Assembly: GCA_038496445.1 (NCBI GenBank)
Contig: JALMLS010000461.1
Coordinates: 124,001-188,000, forward strand
Source: Trichosphaerium sp. ATCC 40318
Lineage: Eukaryota; Protista; Tubulinea
Reading direction: 5' to 3'
DNA: 64,000 bases
Program-made: the position numbers and the translations under genes
Notes under the pieces: generated by a model
Database searches by the model: none
What the model was told of the DNA's origin: nothing
Seen by the model: the letters and a program-made list of their open reading frames with translations, nothing else
Shown here: positions 1 to 13,953 of the stretch, one piece after another
How the letters are laid out: each line of letters opens with the position of its first letter
Position numbering within the stretch: the first letter of the stretch is position 1

Positions 1-70
1 AATAACGCCATACAGAACATACAAAAAGAAACAAACAAGTACAATGAGAGAAGTAGATGACGACTTGTAA
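1..70 (+). CDS. 3' end (cytoplasmic tail) of an upstream copy of the Pmp-like surface protein family, truncated by the window edge
   Basis: Nearly identical to 6705-6774 (..ITPYRTYKKKQTSTMREVDDDL*). The downstream CACGTG/TACGTG pair at 127/138 also matches 6849/6860. Confidence 0.85.
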   Translation, partial: ITPYRTYKKKQTSTMREVDDDL

Positions 71-729
71 AAAAAACCAAAAAAACCGGATGTAATAACG
101 ATCTTAAATACAATCAAAAATTAAGTCACGTGAGTATTACGTGCTCAAATATTGGTGTCTGTTTATAAGTGGTCGCTAACACTGACAAAGGTTGAGCTCT
201 TTTGTTTTATAAGCATAGAAATGGCCGTTTTCAGAAAAAAACATAGTTCACTTGCTGAGCCATTTGAAACCTACAATAAGCAATCTCAAAACAACTTTTG
301 CCTACGTTTCAGTTTTTTGCACAAAAACAAAAATCTTAAAGAGCGGAACTTGTTTTTGTTTCACAAAGGGCTTGCAGAGATTTTACTTTGAAATTAATTA
401 ATATTGTTATGCTTTCACAAACGGAACAAATTTGTTTTTTTGTACACTGGCTACTTGCGAATACAGCACTGCTTGCAAATATGAAATAATAATTGCGTAT
501 TACGTTGGGTTAGTATTTCCCAAAGTGAAGATTCTATTGCCTGTTTTGGAACTTGGAACACATATTTTTTCTGTTGTTGGAAAAACTAATGCTAAGTCAA
601 CGTTCGTCGCACGTGTCATAGTGTAAACAACACATATCAGTGAACTTGCTAACTGTACCGTGTAAGGCCGTCGCCGCATACAATACATACGGCTAAACAG
701 GTATCAAGCTAAATCTTTTCAAGCCCATC

Positions 730-3298
730 ATGCCTGTGGTAAATCCTGTTTGCTAAACACCTTTACAAGTGAGTCAAGCTTGCGATTTCTCGCCCACGTA
801 TTAATTAATCTACACTAGTAACTACTTCAATAGTACATCGCTGCACTAATAACTTAAACTGCTATGCAGACGAGTCAGGTGTGTCAGAAATATTACTAGG
901 TAACTTCGACCACACATTTGGCGCTAATATAGCTGTTGATAAAGATATCACTATCAGATCTAGTACGCTACAGCTGATTTAACTTCCATACTTAGTGTTC
1001 TCGTTTTTAGCTAATACTGAACGTGGAGTTGTCAGGTGTAATGGACAAAGCAGTATATCAACAAACGGTAAAAACTTGATTATTGACACCGTTGAAGTAC
1101 GTAGCTGTCAACTACGAATCGATGGGAATGAAAACGTTACAATTAGGTAACAAATCTGTGAAAAGAATCAAGCTCAAAACTTGTGTTAACGCTAGATTAG
1201 CAACTGTGTTTTTAAAGATTACAGCGGAAATCATGGAATATCCGGTGCCGTTCATATAACCAATTGGTACGGCAGAGAAGGCTCATTAAGTTTCTGTCTA
1301 ATTTGTTTTAGTGTCAATGTAGAAGTAGAACACTCTTTGTTTCATAATAATCAACCGCAAAATCTTCGATCCTATACGACTCAAGGGGGAGCTATGTTGG
1401 CTAAGGGCATTAATGGATCGCTCATTATTCGCCACTGTAACTTCACAAACAATGACATAAGAAACAATGATAGCCCTGACACATTCGACAACAGTTATGG
1501 TATGCCTTGCTTTGCTATTCGCTTATCAAGCAAAATAATACTTTTTAGGTGGAGCACTATACGTTGATGACATTCTCCAACAGGTAGACCTTGTTCCGTA
1601 CCACAGAGTGGCTTAACATCTGTATAGTTTGCGTTGTCTGATTCGTTTTTTCGGAACAATAGGTTGCTATACACTTCAGGCAGCAGTACGCTTTTACACC
1701 CTGTATCAAGCATTCAACTTACACTTTTCCAGCTGCAGTTACTGGTGAAGGAGGTGCTTTGTACATTGGTAAAAATGTACACAATGCCACTATTTCTAGA
1801 TCTTTGTTCAAAAACAATGCAATACACGCTTCTGTGCCTGGAGTTACTGCGAAGGGTTGTAGTGTATATACAGATTCAAGGTTAACCATTGAATACTCTA
1901 TTTTCGATGGTAGTAAATGCGACGGAACAATGAGGTGCACATCATTTTACGTACCAAACTAACCAAATTATAGCTGCAATTTACACATCTGACAACTTAA
2001 TACTAAAGTACGTTCGCTTTATGTTGCATCATATCTCCCCCACCCCTCAGTTACAAATTAACTCTTATCTTCTCATAGGAATACTCTTATTGAATCAAAT
2101 GGTAAACAATCTAAAAAACAAAACGTTTTGGTGTTTTTCTTTTCTTTTTTTGTTTGAAAACTAACTATGACCAGAACAAGACCCTGACAAAGATATCGAA
2201 TGTAACAATTCTGGAAGAACTTTACTATTGGACAACTCAATAATATGCTCCTCACAAATTTCGGTTGTCCACAAATGCAATGTATCAGGAGGTAGAAAAG
2301 ATCAAATAACATCCAATGTTCATCAACTGTTTAGATTCAGTATGTAACAGCTGTATGGGCGGACAACAATGCTGTCTAAAATCCATTTACCACATGCATT
2401 GTTCCTACAATTGCTCCTACAACTCAGGCTACCGAATCACCAACAGTAGCAACACAAGCTCCAATAGCGGTTGCTCCGACGACTGTTCCTACAACAAGTA
2501 TAAGTATGCTATTATTAAAACAGCTTTGTTCTTACTATTTATAGTTTATTGTACCACAACAGGTTGTCTCGATTGTGGTGAAAATCTAACAAGCTGTAAT
2601 TTCACTGGTCACGTGCTTATTGGAGGTGAAATAATTGTATCAGACTCAATCATAATTGATGGTGATTTTATCAATAATGGAGTTACAACTCTTGTCTATG
2701 GTCAGGATAACGCTCTTATAGTCACTGGTACGGGCACAAATCGTTGAGTCCTTTGTTTAAGAAGAGATGCTTATTAGCTATTTGTTTTGAGTACAATCAT
2801 CTAACTTGCGTTTGCTAGGTTGTGTGTCCAATTCAAACGGAACTTTTAGAGTTGACATTTCTGAAGTTAATCCTGAAGAAAGAGATCGCATCACTATCAT
2901 TCAATCAAACTGTATAAACGGTACAATCGAGACTGTAGGAGGTAATACTTGCTTTGATGCATTACAACAACTTCAAGGAGACTCGTAAGTAACTTTTAAA
3001 CTTTTACTTTACTAATCCTATCAACAGGTTGCAAATTGTATTCATCCCAAACAACGCTTGCGAGAATAATAATGCCATTGCCATATCAATCGGAGTAATT
3101 GCTGGGATACTAATCATAGTACGGAATTTTCTCTACCTTTCGTATACAAGGAGTCATGTACTGATACCAATGTAGCTTGCCATTGTGTTTGTGATTGTAG
3201 CCTTAACAGCGCCCAAGTTCCAACAAATAATAATGCCATATAGAAACTACAAAAAGAGACAAGCAAGTATAAGGAGAAAAGTAGATGCCAACTTGTAA
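730..3298 (+). CDS. Pmp-like right-handed beta-helix (GGA[ILMV]/FxxN) type I membrane protein, copy A; 5' end unresolved, possibly degenerate
   Basis: Spliced exons give QGGAML..CNFTNN, YGGALYV, EGGALYIG..LFKNN, a Cys-rich segment, a P/T-rich stalk, a TM segment (IAISIGVIAGILII|LAIVFVIVALT) and a short basic tail. Intron positions are shared with copy B. No in-frame ATG was found for exon 1. Confidence 0.7.
2560..3298 (+). repeat. Near-identical duplicate of 6076-6774 (3' part of the tandem paralogs, introns included)
   Basis: Long identical runs, for example 2860-3065 vs 6350-6555, including the intron gtaagtaac...atcaacag. Confidence 0.9.
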
Positions 3299-4143
3299 AA
3301 AAAATCCAGAAAGACTAAACCTCGCGTTAAGAATACTGCTTGCTTTGTGGGTAGTCGCTAGTATCACGTCTGTGAGATAGTTTGTTTGTAGCTTAACAGG
3401 CAGCGGTAATTCAAGCGCAATTACCTGTAGCAATGGCAGTCAAACATTTTTGGCAAACTTTCAAAAAAAAACCTGTATGTTTCAAATTAGGTGTACACTT
3501 CATTTGAGCATTACTACTTTTAGATGTACTTAATGTAGTCTATGCTGCAGCAATGAGCGAAAGCATGCCGGGAAGATTTTCTCCGGTTGTTTCATCTCAA
3601 ATCACAAAATTTATGTTTGTTCAAAATGCCTTCAAACCTCTACGTAGATGCGTTTTATTGTTTATTGAAAATATGTTAAAACGGAACAACTTTTTTATTG
3701 TGTACCACTGCGTAACCTCACTAGAGAAAATAGTAATGACGCTCACTAGTGCTACCGTAGAGGATAAATGGAGCAGGTAATACTCCGAAAACGCAAAAAG
3801 CTACACCAGTTTTACTTCAAACTCAAAAATAAGATCGGCAACTTTGCACAATACAACCTTCAGAATTCTTCTGAGCACTTGACATATTGTACCGTTGTTT
3901 GGATTCGCTGGTTTTAGGTCAATTAACGAAGCTACAAGAATTTTGTAAATCATGGGTTGAAATTTCGTGAGATCAATGCCGATGATTCTATTACCTGTTT
4001 TAGGTAGCGTGCTAACTTTTTTTCTGAAGTCCGAAAAAAAAAATCTGGTCAAATTTCGTCCCACGTGTCATTGTTTATTAATAAACAAAGTGGTACATAC
4101 ATACCCGCTTTCTATAATTAACTGGCTAAAAATATAACCTATC

Positions 4144-6774
4144 ATGACCATGAGAGATTGTTGCTTGTGCTTTTTATGGCCGACTTTACTTACCCTATTT
4201 GTTTTGAATGTAAATGCCAATACAAGTACGTAAAACTACTCGGTTTTCTAACCCGCGCGTTAATATCTCATAGTAACTACTTCAACCACATCTACTTGCT
4301 CCAATAGATTAGACTGCTACGCAGCAATGCCAGGAGTGTCAGAAATAGTACTAGACAGCTTCGATCATACTTTGACTGCTAGTTTCAGCATTTCTGGTGA
4401 TATCACTATCAGATCACGTGCGATATTAGCTTTAAGTATCTAAACTAAGTTTCCCGGTTCTAGGCACTAGTGAACCCGCTTTGATTAAGTGCGATGGTAG
4501 CGACCTCTACACGATGACAACGAATGGCAACAGTCTGAATTTTGAAAACGTTGTTATTGAGAATTGTAAAATACGAATGGAAGTAAACACCAACGTTTCT
4601 ATCAGGTAAACAACGAAAAATTCTAGCAATAAGTTCTGTTTAACACTGTTAAGATTTTCACAGTTTAAGGATTACGACGGTAACCGTGGAGGTGGTTTTG
4701 GGGCTCTCTATATCAGAACTAGGTGCGCTGTGATACTTTGTTTGGTTAGAAATTAAGTTGGGTTTTTTTGTAGCGGCTATGTGGTAATTGAAAACTCTGT
4801 GTTCTTTAATAATACACCAGAAAATCAACAAGGTTCCTTTACACATGGGGGAGCATTGTTGGTGGATGAATTGCAATCGCTCATTATTCGCAATTGTACC
4901 TTTACAGAAAATGAATTAGTAAACAAGGAGTACAACAGCGAAGATACAATAAATGGCATGTACTTGCTTATAGTGTCGTTCTAACTAATGTGTCTATTTA
5001 GGTGGCGCCTTATACGTTGATAACATAGACCAGGTTGATTTATTTATCGAAACCAAGTAATGTTAACATACCTTAGGCGTTATCTATTTATGACACTATA
5101 TTTTCTTCCAATAGATTGAACTACGCCACGGGGAGTAGTACGTATCTTAGTTCAACCACCTTAGATCTGTGACACTTACGTTATGTTAGATGATATTACT
5201 GGAGAAGGAGGTGCTGTGTACATCGGATCGAATGTAATGAACGCTATTATTGCGAGATCCGTTTTTTTAAGCAACAAAATTTTCGCAAGAACCCCGACGG
5301 TTACTGCGCGAGGTTGCAGTATTTATACTGAGTCAAGCCTAACTATTGAAAATACATTTATCACTGGCAGTGAATGCGAAGATACATACAGGTACTCAGG
5401 GTGATCATTTTTTACAACAAAACTAACAAAATTGTGAAAGGGAAAATGGTGTTGCAATTTACACAATGGAAGACTTAACACTAACGTACGTTGTTGTTTC
5501 TTTGTCTTTCCACATCACGTGATTATTTTGATACATTTAAATAAATACTAAAACAACATTATACTTTACGTAGTAACTAAACACTTTACAGGGATACTGT
5601 TATTGAATCAGAAGGTATTTGTTCAGAACAATTTTTTTAAAGTTTTCTGATACATAAATAAGGGCAAAACGAAGCAGATATTGAGTGCAGTAGTAGTAAA
5701 GAACTGATTACAAACAACGCAATAATTTGCACTACACAAAATTCACCAGTGAATAGCTGCTCTCAGACAAGTACATAGCACGAATAAATTATGATGCTAA
5801 ATCATTTGATAGCAGCGCCTATACTATGTGATGACTGTCAAAATAACGGAGATTGCTGCGGACAATCCATAGCTATGCTACCTTCCAACAAATGTGTAGC
5901 CCCTCCTCCTCCTACAACACCTCCACCAACAGAAACACCCACAATGTCACCAACAGAAGCGCCATTAGCCCCAACTACCAGAACAAGTACGTCAAAGTAG
6001 CAATTTGCCAAATCCTCAACAAGTTTTCAGTTAAGTAGTCGACATCTAATTGCGTTGTATAGTTTTCTGTACTGACACAGGTTGTCTTGCTTGTGGCGAA
6101 AACCTAACGAGTTGTAATTTCACTGGACACGTGCTTATTGGAGGTGAAGTAATTGTATCAGATTCAATCATAATTGATGGTGATTTTATCAATAATGGAG
6201 TTACAACTCTTGTCTATGGTCAAGACAACTCTCTTGTTGTCACTGGTACGCGCATAAATCGTTGAACCCTTTGTTTACAGATGCAATCATCTAACTTGCG
6301 TTCGCTAGGTTGTGTGTCTATTTCAAATGGAACTTTTAAAGTTGACATTTCTGAAGTTAATCCTGAAGAAAGAGATCGCATCACTATCATTCAATCAAAC
6401 TGTATAAACGGTACAATCGAGACTGTAGGAGGTAATACTTGCTTTGATGCATTACAACAACTTCAAGGAGACTCGTAAGTAACTTTTTAACTTTTACTTT
6501 ACTAATCCTATCAACAGGTTGCAAATTGTATTCATCCCAAACAACGCTTGCGAGAATAACAATGCTATTGCCATATCAATTGGAGTAATTGCTGGGATAC
6601 TAATCATAGTACGATAATTTAGTTAGGAGTCACGTACTGATACCAATGTAGCTTGCCATTGTATTTGTGATTGTAGCCTTAACAGTGCCCAAATTCCGAC
6701 AAGTAATAACGCCATACAGAACATACAAAAAGAAACAAACAAGTGCAATGAGAGAAGTAGATGACGAATTGTAA
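4144..6774 (+). CDS. Pmp-like beta-helix type I membrane protein, copy B
   Basis: Signal-peptide-like start MTMRDCCLCFLWPTLLTLFVLNVNA. Contains HGGALLV..CTFTEN, GGALYVD, EGGAVYIG..VFLSN, a PPPPTTPPPTETPT stalk, a TM segment and a tail. Confidence 0.8.
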
Positions 6775-6848
6775 AAACAACAAAACAAAGAATAAGGCAG
6801 CAATCTACTAAAGTAAACTTCGTATGTACAATAAAAAAAAAATTACCT

Positions 6849-6865
6849 CACGTGAGCATCACGTG
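6849..6865. promoter_or_regulatory. Tandem E-box/G-box (CACGTG x2, 11-bp spacing); one example of a window-wide motif
   Basis: ctCACGTGagcatCACGTGc just after a poly-A tract downstream of a stop codon. The equivalent site at 127-143 is conserved. Confidence 0.6.
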
Positions 6866-7416
6866 CGTAAATATTTGTAAACATATTTTTTTGACGAAAG
6901 CAGAAAAGGAATTTTTTATGAACTAGTTCAGTACGAAAAGGTTGTTAGTTAATGGCATGCTTAGATTGAAGTTATCCCGTGATATTACGGGAACTTCTCA
7001 ACGGTTGGCGACCGGGAAAGTTTGGATAGTACCCCTTCTTGCTTATTAACGATATTCACGCGTGTTTATTGCCGACTATGGCTGTGGTATGTCCGATAGC
7101 CCAAATGATGATAAAATCATAGGAAAATTTACGGTTAGCGTTTAAGTAGCACGTGAGTGATTTCTATGAGTTTACAAACCAAGCGGTTGGTAGTACTGCA
7201 AAAAAACGTCAACAGTGTATATTAATGGAACCAACTAATTATTACTACCATAATTATAGACTCAAGGGACGGTTTAGCTTATGTTTTTTGACGAAAGTTG
7301 TGATTTCATTTTCTTCATGAAAAGACAAAACTAAAATCAACAATTTAAAGATTCTTAACTTTGGCTAACAACGGCTCCTGAATTCTTCATAAAACAACAA
7401 AGCAACGATAAATACA

Positions 7417-9459
7417 ATGTCACTAAAGGCTCCAAACCATAGACGCGCCATTGGCGGGTCTTTTGATCACGCTAATTACGAAAAAAACGAAGCACTCATA
7501 AAAGCTAAACAAGAGGCTCGTGCGTCTCCATCGAAATACGGTCATAACCGTAAAGGATCGTTTACAAATGATGGTACTCTTCCTTTTTGCCAAACGGATA
7601 TAAACACATTCTACGACATAAACGAGGTTCTCGGAGAGTACGTACTTACGCCGTTAATTTTAAGCGAAATAAAAATAAAACGTTTTTTTTCCGCTTTGTT
7701 TTTATGTTTGCCCCTTCGATCACGTGACATTATCGCAATGTTACTGTGAAATACTAAAAAAAAAATGTAGAGGTATAACGAGTTGTGTATTCTTTGCTAC
7801 AGAAAAGAAGACAGGCGAGAAAGTTGCTATAAAGACTATACCGGGTGAACTTGTTATTGCTAAAAGAGAACTGCGCAAGGAGGTACGCAAGTAACGCACT
7901 TTTGGTTCTATTTTCGAACATAAAAAAAAGGAGGAACAAAAAGAGTTCACACGTTCTTTAAGGTCGTTATATTGAAGAAACTGAGACATCCTCACATCAT
8001 ACAATTACGTGATGTCTATGTCACACCGACACAACTTCATATTGTCATGGAATTGTACGATACCGCAACAAAACAAAATTACTGCTTTGAGTTTTTAGAC
8101 AAAAAAATTGGTGTTCGCTTTCTTTATAGTATTGACGTCAGATCTTTAGAGCAGAAGGACAGGAGTTGTTCGATGAAATATGTGATAGAAGAGCTTTTAC
8201 AGAAGAAGATGCTAGGAGTGTTGTCAGTAAAATACTTCGCGCTGTAGACTATTTACATAAGAAAGAAATAGCTCACAGGTACAATTTAGTTTTGTTTTTT
8301 CGATAGAGCAGTTATTTCCTCAGTTACTCTGTTTTATTTTCTTTTCATGTTCGTATTAATATGCATCATTTGTGATCGTAAACGTATTTATAACATTGAG
8401 TAATTGATTGTAGGGATATAAAGCCAGAAAACATTTTATTTATTCAAAACGAAGATGGTACTTCGGATTTAAAACTGTACGTGGTTCCCTTGATTTTGTT
8501 GACGCCACGTGACACAAGAATTAATATTTTACGTTTAGAGTAGATTTTGGTTTCGCAAAACCAATGTCAGACAAAACTGCAGCGCCTGCGGGTACACTTG
8601 GGTATAAAGGTAATGAAATCGACGTGTTTATTATCGATTTACTCCGTTGTAGCTCCGGAAGTACTTAAAAATGAGCCATACCAGCTAAAATCAGACATGT
8701 GGAGTATTGGGGTTATCACCTATATCTTGTACGTAGCTTCAAAGTCAGTAATGCGGAGTTTTTACCACTTTATTTTTTCTTCACTTAGAACCATTCTACG
8801 CTCCTCGTTGTGGCTCCTTATACACGTGACCAATTTATATATTGCAAAAGTATTTTTACTTATTTATACCATTTAGATTATGTGGATTTCCTCCTTTCTT
8901 ATCTGATAAAGCTGATGATGATTGCGACACATTAGAAAATTCTCCTTTTTGTACGTTTAGACATGACTTTGATGATTGAAGTGCTGGGTTTTTATTTATT
9001 TATCCTTGGTGTGGATTGACTGTTATTTAGGGGCTTTGTTTAACGAAGAAACAGAAGAGTTCAGAGACGCTGTTATTAGAGGAGAGTTTTCTTTTCCAAG
9101 TCCTTTCTGGGATAAAATATCGGACAGAGCAAAACGGTTTATTAGAAGACTATTACGAGTGAATGTTAACAAACGTTCAAGTGCTGCAGACGCTCTAAAA
9201 CAAGGATGGATAGTGAGACAAGTAAAGGTACGATTAGTTGCAATCAGCGTTATATTATTGAGTATGTTCTGACGGCTGTAATTAGAAAAAGAAGGAAACA
9301 GTCAGCGAGGATAGTGCTCCGCCTCCACAGCTTCCAAGAACATTCTTGAATAAATACAGAACGCTGGCAAAAACAATGAGCTCAAAAAGTATGGTATTAA
9401 AGTTATCGGCTGAAGAGCGGAAAGCAAAGCATAAAAGGATGGTGACAAATATATTGTAA
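7417..9459 (+). CDS. CaMK-group Ser/Thr protein kinase (CaMKI/MLCK-A-like)
   Basis: Spliced motifs: LGEGITS, VAIK, LRHPHIIQL, IAHRDIKPEN, VDFG, GTLGYKAPE, DMWSIGVITYILLCGFPPF, FPSPFWDKISDRAK. Confidence 0.95.
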
Positions 9460-9694
9460 TTCTATAATTCGGAAAAAAAAGAAAAATATGAAAAAAAAAG
9501 GCCACAAAAATAAGCCCTTTTATTGTTTTTACTAGTAAATAAAAAAATATTGTGTAGAGTATATATGTATAAGTTGACAAGGTTTATCGGCGGCACACAT
9601 ATGATACAAATCGCAGAAACAACATATTACTGACTTAACTTGTTTAAGTTTTTTTTTTGGAAGCCAACGTCTGAATTATAATGCTAAACAGCAC

Positions 9695-12600
9695 ATGTCT
9701 ATTTTACAAGCTTTTTTAGTCTGTTTTATAGTATACTACGCTAATGCTACGTCTATTGAAGTAAGTTCTTTTGTAAAGTTCCAGAAAGGCACTAATTCGT
9801 TTAGGCTTATGTAGTTATGCACTCTCATCTTGACCTTGGTTGGATTTACACTCTTGTAGGTGTAATTATGATACGATTTAACACTAATCGTTATCAATAC
9901 CCTAGGAAGAATCTTATACCCAATACGTTAAAGACATTTACACTGGCGTAAGTCACGTGACCAGAAAAAACAAGTCACAGCGGTTTTTTTTCCACATCCT
10001 TTTCGGCTTTTACAAACTTGGCACTGAAGCACATTATAGGTCGTTCAGGAGATTGCTAGAGGATCACCATATAACAATGTCATTAGAAAGTTTATTGCTG
10101 TTGAGCAGTACTATTTTCATAGGTGGTGGACCGAGGAAGCGAATGAGACACTAAAGGTTCGACCAAACTGTTTTTGTCAAATAATTAACAAGTGCAAAAA
10201 GGAAATGGCAAGAAGAGCAATTAGAGAGGGTAAGATTGAGTTCGTTATTGGCGGATGGGGTATGAGCGATGAGTCACAGACGAGCTATAAGTCAATTATA
10301 GATCAGTACACGCTAGGTATGAAGAGTTTTCGGAAATTGATGATACGTACTGTTTTACTAGGTCATACATTCCTTCAAAAAGAGTTTGGTGTTTCACCAC
10401 AATTTGGATGGCAGATTGACCCTTTTGGAGCGAGTCCAGTTGTAGCTACACTACAAGCAATGATGGGATTCAATGGACACATCATTGATAGAATACCAAT
10501 AGAGTAAGTTAGAAAACACTAATATCTTTAACTTATCTTTCCTTTTAAAGTCGTAAACTTCAACGTCTTCAAAATAAAACAGCTGAGGTATTGACTGTGA
10601 AACATGTATCTTTTGAGGTGCTAAATAGAATACTAGTTCGTATGGAAGGGATCTAAAAGTCTTGGTACAGCGTACCCAATGTTCACTCATCTTATGGATA
10701 CATATCAATATTGTACTCCTTTTGCTGATTTGAGTGACTATGGTCCGCCCTTCGAAGAAGGTCAAGGAGGTAACTCAACAGTAATTATTATGAAACACTA
10801 TCTCGTTCATGTACTTATTGTAACTTGAAGCTTTCTATTGGAACGGATATGCTGAATTTCCAAGACCTTCGTACAATCTCTTTCCTCTTCAAGTTTCGGA
10901 CTGTTGTCTCTAATTTCGTTCGCTTAGAAATGATAGCTATGAGTTTATGAGTTTACCTGTAAACTCTTCTAATGTGGAAGTATTTGCGGATTTAATGGTA
11001 AATAACATAATTGAACGAAGTCAAAACTACAAAACCAATGTTGTTCTTTGGTACGCTCTATCTTCAAACACACTTTGCTAACTAATAATGCATTAGGCCT
11101 TGGTACGCTAATCAAAACCTATCATTCTGTTTACGAAAGTTGTATTCAGGGGATGTGATAAGACACATTTCATTCCGTCCTTGCAATTCAGGAACATGGA
11201 CCAAGTGATGAACGAACTCAATATAAACCCGAAGTATGAAAATATAACAGTAAAATATGGAACTTTAAAGGACTACTTCAGAGCCCTATATGATAAAGGC
11301 AAGATACAACACTAACAAACAGTTTAACATACTTTATAGGTGTAACATTCCCAAGTCTTAACAGCACCGACTTCTTCCCTTTAACGTCAGACAACGTCAG
11401 ATACTGGTCAGGATTTTATACTTCAAGACCAGGTCAAAAGGTATTATTGATTGATGTTGAAGTACTTTAACAATATGTTAGAGATTACTCAGGGCTACAG
11501 AAGCTATTCAGCGTGCTGGTGAGCAACTTGTTCTTACAGCAGCGCTAGAAAAAAAACCTGCTTACAATGGCTTTAATGCTGTCGAGTCTTTAAAGCGTGC
11601 AAACGCCATAATGACTCACCATGACGTGAGAACTAATAAAACTACTATCTTCTAACCGTTTTTTCTTGAAGGGTATCACTGGGACGAATACACAACCGGT
11701 CAAAGGTAACACGTGATTATCACGTGACTTTTTTTTTTGAACTTGAAAACACTCAAACACTAATATGTGTACTAAGAGGAGTATGATAAACTGCTGATAA
11801 ATGGTGCTTGGCGTACTTTTGACACTATTGGTGTTGCTATTTCACAATTAATTAATGTGTGATTACTATTAAGTTGTGGCTGCTAATAACGGTTTTTTTA
11901 AGGGCACAGCGGACAGTTTTGATGTAGAAACTACTATCAATAATTTGCCTAAAGGTGACACAATATCTGTTGTTGTTTATAACCAGCTGGGATGGAATAA
12001 CACTCAATGTAAGCGCATTTACATGTGGTTGTTTATAGTAATGTTTGTTTAGTTGTAAGAATTTATACAAACTACACAGACCTTTATGTTGTTGATTATA
12101 CTGGCGAGCCAGTACCTTCTCAAATTCATGAGTGTTATATAGACTGTAGTCAACCATACTTGCTTTATTTCTACACACGTCTTCCTCCTTTGGGATACAG
12201 TACTTTTTTTGTTGAACGTTCGAACTATTCAAAGCTTGAAGCAAAGACCATTGTGGAAACAACAGCGTCAATTTCGAATGGATTTTACAAAATCGATATT
12301 TCAGACAATGGAAGGATGTCCTCTATAACAAATATATTTTACAACAGAACCATAGCTATTGAGAACAACTTTTATGTGTACAAAACGCAGGTACACCGAA
12401 ACTCGTACTTTCTTTGATTAAGTCCTTTTTTTACAAGATGTTCGATTCTAGCCAACGTATTGGGTCTACTAATTATATGTTTTGGCCTGAAGGTCCAGCA
12501 AAGATACTTGTTAATGGAAGTATTATACAAACTACACTTGTTGATGGACCACTTGTGAAAGAAGTCCTTTTTGAGTTTTCTGATAATTATAAGCAAATAA

Positions 12601-13953
12601 TCCGGCTGTTTTCTGTGCCTGGCGCTTCAGTTGCAAGGCTTGTAACAGAGATAATAGAAACTCAATATCAAGTAGGACCGCTGGAAGGAAATACAGAAGT
12701 TATCATGCGTTATGTAACAGACACTGACAGCAGTACGAATCACTTTTTTAGTGTTTTACTTGGAGCTTTCTTAGTTTTTTCTTATGAATTTTAAGCTCCT
12801 TTCAAGACTGATAACAATGGCTTTCAGATGCAAGAAAGAGTTTTTACACCGAAAGAACCTTATTCAATCCAAGCAAACTACTTTCCAGTAACGTATAGAG
12901 CATCTATTGGCGATAGCAAAAGTGATATGAAAATGGTGTTTTTGTTTGATAGAGGACAAGGTGTTGCTTCTCTGGGTACTACTTTTAATCATAAACCTAG
13001 CATGTTATTGATTTTCATATAGAACCTGGATGGTTTGAAGCAATGTTACATCGTCGTTTACTTGGAACAGGCTGGAACTACGACATGAAGCTGGACGATG
13101 TATGATTTTTTTCCGAATTGTTTCCTCCGTCTATTTGACTTAACTAACCTCCATTTTAGATTGAAACTGTATACCCAACACACCATTTAATTTATGGAAG
13201 CGATAGAAGAATTTCAGAGGTATCACATCAACTGACACGAAGGTATCTTAAAACTGTATGATTTTTTTCTCATTTTTTTTGTGCTTAGGTTAAACTTCGC
13301 TCCAATCACTCTCATGTCCAAACCCTTTTCAGAGGACGCTATGTCTGCGCTCAAATCGAAAGATGCCCTCTATTATTCGTACTTATAAATTTATTCGCTT
13401 TTCGCCATGACATTTACCTTAGAGCACTTGCAAGCCCTCTACCATCAGCAATAGAACTTCTTTCGTATCATCAACATGCCATAAAAGAAGATAAATATAA
13501 AGAAATAGAAGCAATGATTAGATTCCATCATATGCATGGATGTGATGAAGATATTGAAGCTTTTGTAGAGTTTGACTTGGACAAGATATTAGGTCGAGAA
13601 TGGAAAACAATCACAGAAACAGGCACTGCCCAACTTCTTTTTTTTCGCTTTTTTTTTACAACCTTTTAACAGGTCTTTCTGGTCTTCCACTAGAGGCAAG
13701 ATGGAGATGGAGAACTGACGGAGAAGAGGAAGATGTTTCAACAAAACTTACAGGTCATACAATCCGCTTGAGTTGTAAACAGATAGTCACTCTAAAGCTG
13801 GAAATGATTCCAGATCAACCTAAAAACGAAGATGAAGCCATTTACATTGCTTTCTTGACAGTCCTTGCTGTTTGTTCTATTCTCATTGCTGTTTGGTTGT
13901 CATATGGAGTATACAGGATTACGAAAAGAACTAAATACGCACCTATCGGTTGA
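9695..13953 (+). CDS. GH38 alpha-mannosidase (MAN2B2-like) with a C-terminal TM anchor
   Basis: Signal peptide, HSHLDLGW, IEFVIGGWGMSDE, GWQIDPFGAS, LWPWGCD, YWSGFYTSRP, THHDGITGT, FKTDNNG, ANYFPV, EAMLHRRL. Ends in a hydrophobic segment plus RITKRTKYAPIG*. Confidence 0.93.

Noticed and set aside
6968-7190. Hairpin gaagttatcccgt..acgggaacttc and a GGGAAAGTTTGG...CCAAGC pairing resembling RNase P/MRP, 5S or SRP RNA
   Set aside because: Only short partial matches, and the other conserved regions are missing. Cannot be supported without a covariance-model search.
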